A DNA stretch of 24,000 nt from Plesiomonas shigelloides (GTDB taxonomy: Bacteria > Pseudomonadota > Gammaproteobacteria > Enterobacterales > CAMTGL01), in NCBI RefSeq assembly GCF_900087055.1, contig NZ_LT575468.1:2211773-2235772 (forward strand). Direction: 5' to 3'. Positions within the stretch are counted from its first letter, which is position 1, and every line of letters begins with the position of its first letter. Made by a program: the position numbers and the translations under genes. The notes beneath the pieces are model-generated. The model made no database searches. It saw only the letters and a program-made list of their open reading frames with translations, and was not told where the DNA came from. This document shows positions 18,433 through 24,000 of the stretch, piece by piece.

Positions 18433-19635
18433 ATGTCGAGCAAGCTGGTTCTGGTTTTAAACTGCGGTAGTTCCTCACTGAAGTTCGCCATCATTGATGC
18501 AGCAACAGGTGACGAATATCTGTCCGGTCTGGCCGAGTGTTTTAACCTGCCGGAAGCCCGTATCAAGTGGAAAATGGATGGTGCTAAGCACGAAGCCGAA
18601 TTGGGCGCCGGTGCTGCACACGCTGAAGCTCTGAGCTACATCGTAAACACCATTCTGCCGCAAAAGCCGGAGCTGTCTGCGAACCTGACCGCCATCGGTC
18701 ACCGTATCGTTCACGGTGGCGAAAGCTTCACCTCTTCTGCAGTTATCACTCCAGAAGTTATCGAAGGTATCAAGGCTGCGATCCCATTCGCACCTCTGCA
18801 CAACCCTGCGCACCTGATCGGTATCGAAGAAGCGCTGAAAGAATTCCCTCAACTGGCGGACAAAAACGTAGCGGTATTCGACACTGCGTTCCACCAGACT
18901 ATGCCACAAGAAGCATACCTGTATGCGCTGCCATATAACCTGTATAAAGAGCAGCACATCCGTCGTTACGGTGCCCACGGTACCAGCCACTTCTACGTAA
19001 GCCGTGAAGCAGCGAAGATGCTGAACAAGCCAGTAGAAGAGCTGAACGTGATCACTTGCCACCTGGGTAACGGTGCTTCTGTTGCAGCTATTCGTAACGG
19101 TGAGTGCGTAGACACCTCTATGGGTCTGACTCCACTGGAAGGTCTGGTAATGGGTACCCGTTCCGGTGACCTGGATCCAGCGGTGATCTTCCACCTGCAC
19201 GACGCAATGGGCATGTCTGTTGCTGAAATCAACGAACTGCTGACCAAGAAGTCTGGCCTGCTGGGTCTGACCGAAGTGACCAACGACTGCCGTTACGTTG
19301 AAGACAACTACGCGACCGCTGAAAACGCGAAGCGTGCAATGGACGTATTCTGCTACCGTCTGGCGAAGTATGTTTCTTCTTACGCTGCAGCGATGGATGG
19401 CCGTCTGGACGCTATCGTATTCACCGGTGGTATCGGTGAGAACTCTGCACTGGTTCGTGAACTGACCATGAAGAAGCTGGCTGTTCTGGGCTTCGAAATG
19501 GATGCAGAAGGTAACCTGAAAGCACGCTTCGGTAAGTCCGGTAACATCGCGACTGCCAACAGCCGTCCTGCGCTGGTTATCCCAACCAACGAAGAGCTGG
19601 TGATTGCACAAGACGCTGCACGTCTGACTGCCTAA
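18433..19635 (+). CDS. ackA: Acetate kinase
   Basis: [23 protein letters not shown]...RIVHGG...[19 protein letters not shown]...[15 protein letters not shown] is 400 aa and colinear with E. coli AckA. Confidence 0.98.
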   Translation: MSSKLVLVLNCGSSSLKFAIIDAATGDEYLSGLAECFNLPEARIKWKMDGAKHEAELGAGAAHAEALSYIVNTILPQKPELSANLTAIGHRIVHGGESFTSSAVITPEVIEGIKAAIPFAPLHNPAHLIGIEEALKEFPQLADKNVAVFDTAFHQTMPQEAYLYALPYNLYKEQHIRRYGAHGTSHFYVSREAAKMLNKPVEELNVITCHLGNGASVAAIRNGECVDTSMGLTPLEGLVMGTRSGDLDPAVIFHLHDAMGMSVAEINELLTKKSGLLGLTEVTNDCRYVEDNYATAENAKRAMDVFCYRLAKYVSSYAAAMDGRLDAIVFTGGIGENSALVRELTMKKLAVLGFEMDAEGNLKARFGKSGNIATANSRPALVIPTNEELVIAQDAARLTA

Positions 19636-19647
19636 TCAACAACTCCC

Positions 19648-19678
19648 GCACCGTCAGCCTCGCTGGCGGTGCTTTTTT
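19648..19678 (+). terminator. Intrinsic terminator/attenuator between ackA and pta
   Basis: GCACCGTCAGC (19648-19658) pairs with GCTGGCGGTGC (19662-19672), giving an 11-bp stem with one G-U pair. It is followed by TTTTTT (19673-19678). The T-run ends 32 nt before the pta GTG. Confidence 0.75.
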
Positions 19679-19710
19679 GTATTCAAGCATAACCGAAAGA
19701 GGTTTAGCCC

Positions 19711-21849
19711 GTGTCCCGTACCATCATGTTAGTTCCAATCGGCACCGGTGTCGGCCTGACAAGCGTCAGTCTGGGTGTTGTACGTGCGATGGAGCGCAAA
19801 GGCGTTAACGTCAACTTCTTCAAACCAATCTGCCAGCCACGCCACGGCGGCAACGGTCCTGATCTGACTACCAGCAGCATCCGTGCTAACAGCTCTGTGA
19901 AAACGCTGGAGCCGTTCACCCTGAGCTTTGCTGAGAACCTGATCGGTAGCGGCCAGACTGATGTTCTGCTGGAGCAAATCGTTGCTCGTTTCGCGGAAGA
20001 AACCAAAGATGCAGACACCGTTCTGATCGAAGGTCTGGTACCAACCCGCAAGCAGTCTTTCGCTAACAATGTGAACTTTGACATTGCTAAAGCGCTGGAC
20101 GCAGAAATCGTCTTCGTTGTAGCACCAGGCACTGATACCCCAGAAGAGCTGAAAGAGCGTCTGGAAGTAGCCTGCTCCAACTTTGGTGGTCTGAAGAACA
20201 AATCCATCGCCGGCGTGATTGTTAACAAGCTGAATGCACCGGTTGACGAGATGGGCCGTACCCGTCCGGATCTGTCTGAAATCTTTGATGACAGCAACAA
20301 AGCGAAGTCTGTTAACGTAGAAGTGCTGCAGCTGTTCTCCAACAGCCCACTGCGCATTCTGGGTTGCGTGCCTTGGAACTTTGATCTGATCGCAACACGT
20401 GCTATCGACATGGCGAAGCACCTGAATGCAGAAATCATCAACGAAGGTGACATCAACACTCGTCGCATCAAGAATGTGACTTTCTGTGCGCGTAGCATCC
20501 CGCACATGGTTGAGCACTTCCGTCCAGGCTCTCTGCTGGTGACCTCTGCTGACCGTCCAGACGTTATGGTTGCTGCCTCTCTGGCTGCCATGAACGGTGT
20601 GGAAATCGGTGCCCTGCTGCTGACTGGCGGCTACGCTATCGAACCACAAGTTCGCGAACTGTGTGCCCGCGCTTTCGAAACTGGTATGCCAGTATTCGGC
20701 GTGAACACCAACACCTGGCAGACTTCCCTGAACCTGCAAAGCTTCAGCCTGGAAGTACCAGTAGACGACAAAGCTCGTATCGAAAAAGTACAGGACTTCG
20801 TTGCCTCTCACATCGACAGCCAGTGGATCGAATCCATGACTGCCGCGTCGACTCGCTCACGTCGTCTGTCTCCACCAGCATTCCGTTACCAGCTGACCGA
20901 GCTGGCACGTAAAGCCGGCAAGCGCATCGTGCTGCCAGAAGGTGATGAGCCACGTACTATCAAAGCAGCAGCACTGTGTGCTGAGCGCGGTATCGCGGAA
21001 TGTATCCTGCTGGGTAACCCAGAAGACATTCAACGCGTTGCAGCTTCTCAGGGCGTTGTTCTGGGCAAAGGTATCCAGATCATCAACCCAGCTGACGTGA
21101 TTGAAACTTACGTTCCACGTCTGGTTGAGCTGCGTAAGAACAAGGGCATGACTGAAGTGGTTGCGCGTGAGCAACTGCAAGACACCGTTGTTCTGGGCAC
21201 CATGATGCTGGAAGCAAACGAAGTTGACGGTCTGGTATCTGGCGCAGTTCACACTACCGCCAACACCATTCGTCCACCGTTGCAGCTGATCAAAACTGCA
21301 CCGAATGCCTCTCTGGTATCTTCCGTGTTCTTCATGCTGCTGCCGGATCAGGTTCTGGTTTACGGTGACTGTGCGATCAACCCGGATCCAACTGCTGAGC
21401 AACTGGCTGAGATCGCAATTCAGTCCGCTGAATCGGCTATCGCTTTCGGTATCGAGCCACGCGTTGCAATGATCTCTTACTCTACCGGTACTTCAGGTGC
21501 AGGTAGCGATGTAGAGAAAGTTCGTGAAGCGACCCGTATCGCACAGGAAAAACGTCCTGATCTGATGATCGACGGTCCTCTGCAGTACGATGCCGCGATC
21601 ATGGCTGACGTTGCGAAGTCTAAAGCGCCAAACTCTAAAGTAGCGGGTAAAGCGACTGTATTCGTGTTCCCAGATCTGAACACCGGTAACACCACATACA
21701 AAGCGGTACAGCGTTCTGCGGATCTGGTTTCTATCGGCCCAATGCTGCAAGGCATGCGTAAGCCGGTTAACGACCTGTCTCGTGGTGCTCTGGTTGACGA
21801 TATTGTCTACACCATCGCTCTGACTGCTATTCAAGCGACTCAGCAGTAA
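19711..21849 (+). CDS. pta: Phosphate acetyltransferase (long form with N-terminal DRTGG/regulatory domains)
   Basis: The 712-aa product is colinear with E. coli Pta and shares its GTG start ([23 protein letters not shown]...). SD AGAGG lies 8 nt upstream. The C-terminal catalytic motifs include [22 protein letters not shown]. Confidence 0.98.
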   Translation: MSRTIMLVPIGTGVGLTSVSLGVVRAMERKGVNVNFFKPICQPRHGGNGPDLTTSSIRANSSVKTLEPFTLSFAENLIGSGQTDVLLEQIVARFAEETKDADTVLIEGLVPTRKQSFANNVNFDIAKALDAEIVFVVAPGTDTPEELKERLEVACSNFGGLKNKSIAGVIVNKLNAPVDEMGRTRPDLSEIFDDSNKAKSVNVEVLQLFSNSPLRILGCVPWNFDLIATRAIDMAKHLNAEIINEGDINTRRIKNVTFCARSIPHMVEHFRPGSLLVTSADRPDVMVAASLAAMNGVEIGALLLTGGYAIEPQVRELCARAFETGMPVFGVNTNTWQTSLNLQSFSLEVPVDDKARIEKVQDFVASHIDSQWIESMTAASTRSRRLSPPAFRYQLTELARKAGKRIVLPEGDEPRTIKAAALCAERGIAECILLGNPEDIQRVAASQGVVLGKGIQIINPADVIETYVPRLVELRKNKGMTEVVAREQLQDTVVLGTMMLEANEVDGLVSGAVHTTANTIRPPLQLIKTAPNASLVSSVFFMLLPDQVLVYGDCAINPDPTAEQLAEIAIQSAESAIAFGIEPRVAMISYSTGTSGAGSDVEKVREATRIAQEKRPDLMIDGPLQYDAAIMADVAKSKAPNSKVAGKATVFVFPDLNTGNTTYKAVQRSADLVSIGPMLQGMRKPVNDLSRGALVDDIVYTIALTAIQATQQ

Positions 21850-21973
21850 TTCGATAACGCGGCATCGCTCGGTGCCGCGTGTGTTGACTGCTTTCGCTCG
21901 CTCAATAGACTGACGTTAAGAGATGTTTACTGTTAACCAGTTAGCATTAACTTTTACTGTTAGCTAAGAGCAC

Positions 21974-22003
21974 AAAAAAACCGGCCTCTGCGCCGGTTTT
22001 TTT
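21974..22003. terminator. Bidirectional intrinsic terminator between pta (+) and yfcD (-)
   Basis: AAAAAAA-CCGGC (21981-85), loop CTCTGC, GCCGG (21992-96), TTTTTTT. The A7/T7 flanks extend the stem. Confidence 0.85.
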
Positions 22004-22045
22004 ATTTCTTACTGTCTGTACCTATGCCGATATCGCAGCCCAAAC

Positions 22046-22558
22046 TCAAATATCGTCTGTTCCATTGCGGTTTAACCACAGATCCAGCGCCACACGGGTA
22101 TCTGGGGTGATTTCGCGGCGACGCTGATTAATCTCATCCAGCGACATCCACATCACTTCGGTGATCTCTGACTCTTGCAACGCAAATGGCCCACGGCTGA
22201 TACAGCTGAACAACCCACCCCACACTTTGCAATCCTCTGACTCATAGTAGAAGCTGCCGTGATCAAGGAATGGAATGCCGGCAATACCCAGCTCTTCTTC
22301 CGCTTCGCGCTTCGCCCCCTCGGTCAGGCTTTCACCGGCGGAGACCACCCCACCAGCGGCCACATCCAACCATCCCGGATAGAAGTCTTTGCTGTCAGTA
22401 CGGCGCTGCACCAGAATATGCCCCATGCCGTCGTGCACAATAATATAGGTCGCGCGGTGACAGAGGTTTTCCTCTCTAACCTGTTGACGCGAAACGGTAT
22501 CGATCACTTTGTTATCCGCGTCAACCACGTCTACCCATTCTTGAACATGTGTATCCAT
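22046..22558 (-). CDS. yfcD: NUDIX hydrolase YfcD
   Basis: The Nudix box [24 protein letters not shown] and [20 protein letters not shown] align with E. coli YfcD. ATG 22558 is preceded by AAGGA 8 nt upstream. The ORF-track start at 22588 is a TTG overlapping the yfcE stop and is unlikely. Confidence 0.85.
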   Translation of the reverse strand: MDTHVQEWVDVVDADNKVIDTVSRQQVREENLCHRATYIIVHDGMGHILVQRRTDSKDFYPGWLDVAAGGVVSAGESLTEGAKREAEEELGIAGIPFLDHGSFYYESEDCKVWGGLFSCISRGPFALQESEITEVMWMSLDEINQRRREITPDTRVALDLWLNRNGTDDI

Positions 22559-22584
22559 CAGGCTTAATCCTTGAATGATGCTGC

Positions 22585-23136
22585 TCAATCGCCCAGAGTC
22601 ACTGACAACAGCGGGGCTTGTGTTTCCAATTCGAGAACCTGCAACGTGTGGTCGGCATACAGACCATAACTGGCCGGGAAGCCGCCTTTAGGCAAGCTGG
22701 CTGAACCTGGGTTAAAGATCCAATTTGCGTCTTGCTGTTCCGCCAACGGAATATGGGTATGACCATAGGCCAACACATCACCACCAGCTAACGGTGGCAA
22801 CGTGCTGCGGTTATACTTGTGGCCATGCGTCAGGAAAAAGCGGCGCTCCGGTAGCAAAATCTGTTGATAGTCCGCCAACACCGGAAACTGCAACAGCATC
22901 TGATCCACTTCGCTTTCACAATTCCCGCGTACCGCAATAATTCTATCCTTGTAGGCGTTCAGCCGCTCAGCGACCTGCGCCGGCGCATAATTATCCGGTA
23001 ACGGATTACGAGGTCCGTGATACATCAGATCGCCCAGCAAAATGAGCCAGTCCGCCTGATGTTGGTCAAAACGCTGCAAAACCTGCTCAGTCGCGCTGAG
23101 TGAGCCATGCAGATCAGAGGCAAATAACAGTTTCAT
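22585..23136 (-). CDS. yfcE: Mn-dependent phosphodiesterase YfcE (calcineurin-like metallophosphoesterase)
   Basis: [12 protein letters not shown]...[11 protein letters not shown]...RGNCESEVD...THGH...YGHTHIP contains the metallophosphoesterase motif series and is colinear with E. coli YfcE. Confidence 0.88.
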   Translation of the reverse strand: MKLLFASDLHGSLSATEQVLQRFDQHQADWLILLGDLMYHGPRNPLPDNYAPAQVAERLNAYKDRIIAVRGNCESEVDQMLLQFPVLADYQQILLPERRFFLTHGHKYNRSTLPPLAGGDVLAYGHTHIPLAEQQDANWIFNPGSASLPKGGFPASYGLYADHTLQVLELETQAPLLSVTLGD

Positions 23137-23210
23137 GGGATGGGAAAATTAACGGAATAAAACCGTAGGATAGCGTACCACCGCGCCCGACGCCATCGTC
23201 AGATAAACAG

Positions 23211-23240
23211 AAAAGGCCTCCAACGGAGACCTTTTTTATT
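23211..23240 (-). terminator. Probable terminator after the thiolase gene (hairpin flanked by A/T runs)
   Basis: GGCCTCC (23215-21) pairs with GGAGACC (23225-31), giving 6 of 7 pairs with a short loop. On the plus strand it is followed by TTTTTTATTT, and on the minus strand by TTTTCTGTTT. It lies ~40 nt downstream of the thiolase stop. Confidence 0.55.
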
Positions 23241-23276
23241 TCTGCCAACTATCTCAAATTACAGAGATAAAATGGT

Positions 23277-24000
23277 TTAATCAATCAGCTCGACGGTCAT
23301 AGCCACACCTTCACCGCCACCGATGCACAGTGCGGCCAATCCACGCTTTTTCCCGTAGCGACGCAGGGCATGGATCAAGCTCACCACCACCCGCGCCCCA
23401 CTGGCGCCCAAGGGATGACCAAGAGCACACGCTCCGCCATGTACGTTGACTTTATTGCTGTCTAAACCGACATCTTCAATCGCCAGCAAGGTCACCATCG
23501 CAAAGGCTTCGTTGACCTCGAACAAGTCGATATCGTCTGGCGTCCAGCCAGCCAGATCAATGGCTTTACGGATCGCGCCCACCGGTGCCACGGTAAACTC
23601 TTCTGGCGCCTGCGCATGGGAAGCATAAGAGACAATGCGCGCCAGCGGCTTACAGCCATTTTGCGCGGCATAATCAGCGGTACTCAGCACTAAAGCTGCC
23701 GCACCATCAGAAATTGAACTGGAGTTAGCCGCGGTAATGGTGCCGTCTTTAGCAAAGGCCGGACGCAGACCCGGAATTTTCTCCGGTTTGGCATTGCCTG
23801 GCTGCTCATCGATACACACTTGCGTATTACCGCTACGGGTTACCACGGTGACCGGCACAATCTCTGCTTCAAATGCCCCCTGCGCAATGGCCGCATTGGC
23901 TTTAGCCAGTGAGTTGATAGCAAAGTTATCCATCGCCTCGCGCGTCACGCCACGCTTATCGGCCATTTGCTGCGCCAGAACGCCCATCAGCTTGCCGCTG
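23277..24000 (-). CDS. Acetyl-CoA C-acetyltransferase (thiolase II family), C-terminal ~240 codons; gene continues beyond the window end
   Basis: NSSSISDGAAALVL, FEVNEAFA, NVHGGACALGHPLGASGAR and LAALCIGGGEGVAMTVE are canonical thiolase C-terminal motifs, covering the catalytic His and Cys regions. The reading frame stays open upstream of the Met at 23987 (...SGKLMGVLAQQ). Confidence 0.88.
   Translation of the reverse strand, partial: SGKLMGVLAQQMADKRGVTREAMDNFAINSLAKANAAIAQGAFEAEIVPVTVVTRSGNTQVCIDEQPGNAKPEKIPGLRPAFAKDGTITAANSSSISDGAAALVLSTADYAAQNGCKPLARIVSYASHAQAPEEFTVAPVGAIRKAIDLAGWTPDDIDLFEVNEAFAMVTLLAIEDVGLDSNKVNVHGGACALGHPLGASGARVVVSLIHALRRYGKKRGLAALCIGGGEGVAMTVELID

Noticed and set aside
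18475-19611. 378-aa antisense ORF inside ackA
   Set aside because: The explanation is the same codon-register shadow effect. The offset from the ackA start is 42 nt, and the ORF terminates at a sense TCA codon.
19704-20811. Two antisense ORFs inside pta (19729..20811, 360 aa; 19704..20591, 295 aa)
   Set aside because: The first is the codon-aligned shadow of pta and ends at sense TTA codon 7. The second is an Ser/Arg/Thr-rich frame with no start context. Both overlap a gene whose identity is certain.

Overview
This window is chromosomal core metabolism from a gammaproteobacterium. Most proteins align by eye with E. coli K-12 orthologues. Gene order, with strand in brackets: menB' (-), menH (-), menD (-), menF (-), alaA (+), yfbR (+), orphan lipoprotein (+), ansB (-), orphan secreted protein (+), ycaO (+), focA (+), pflB (+), pflA (+), yfbU (-), a 745-bp ORF-free gap, yfbV (-), ackA (+), pta (+), yfcD (-), yfcE (-), thiolase' (-). 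Almost every gene belongs to anaerobic or acetyl-CoA/pyruvate metabolism: menaquinone synthesis, asparaginase II, formate channel, pyruvate formate-lyase and its activase, acetate kinase, phosphotransacetylase and thiolase. Several convergent or operon ends carry clear intrinsic terminators. By eye I found no CRISPR array, tRNA or rRNA gene, transposase, integrase, phage gene or defence-type gene. I also see no convincing multi-gene novel system, so this looks like an ordinary housekeeping region. Four things remain unexplained. (1) A 745-bp AT-rich ORF-free tract between yfbU and yfbV holds a GC-rich 9-bp inverted repeat, a ~90-bp nested imperfect palindrome and GCTCAY motifs phased at 11 bp. 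(2) Two small exported proteins of unknown function sit exactly at the synteny breakpoints relative to E. coli. (3) The pflB-pflA spacer is unusually long at 568 bp and contains 16-bp tandem repeats. (4) Intrinsic terminators lie inside the men gene string and between ackA and pta. The long antisense ORFs in pflB, ackA and pta are codon-bias artefacts. All function calls come from visual protein similarity and motif reading. No database search was run.
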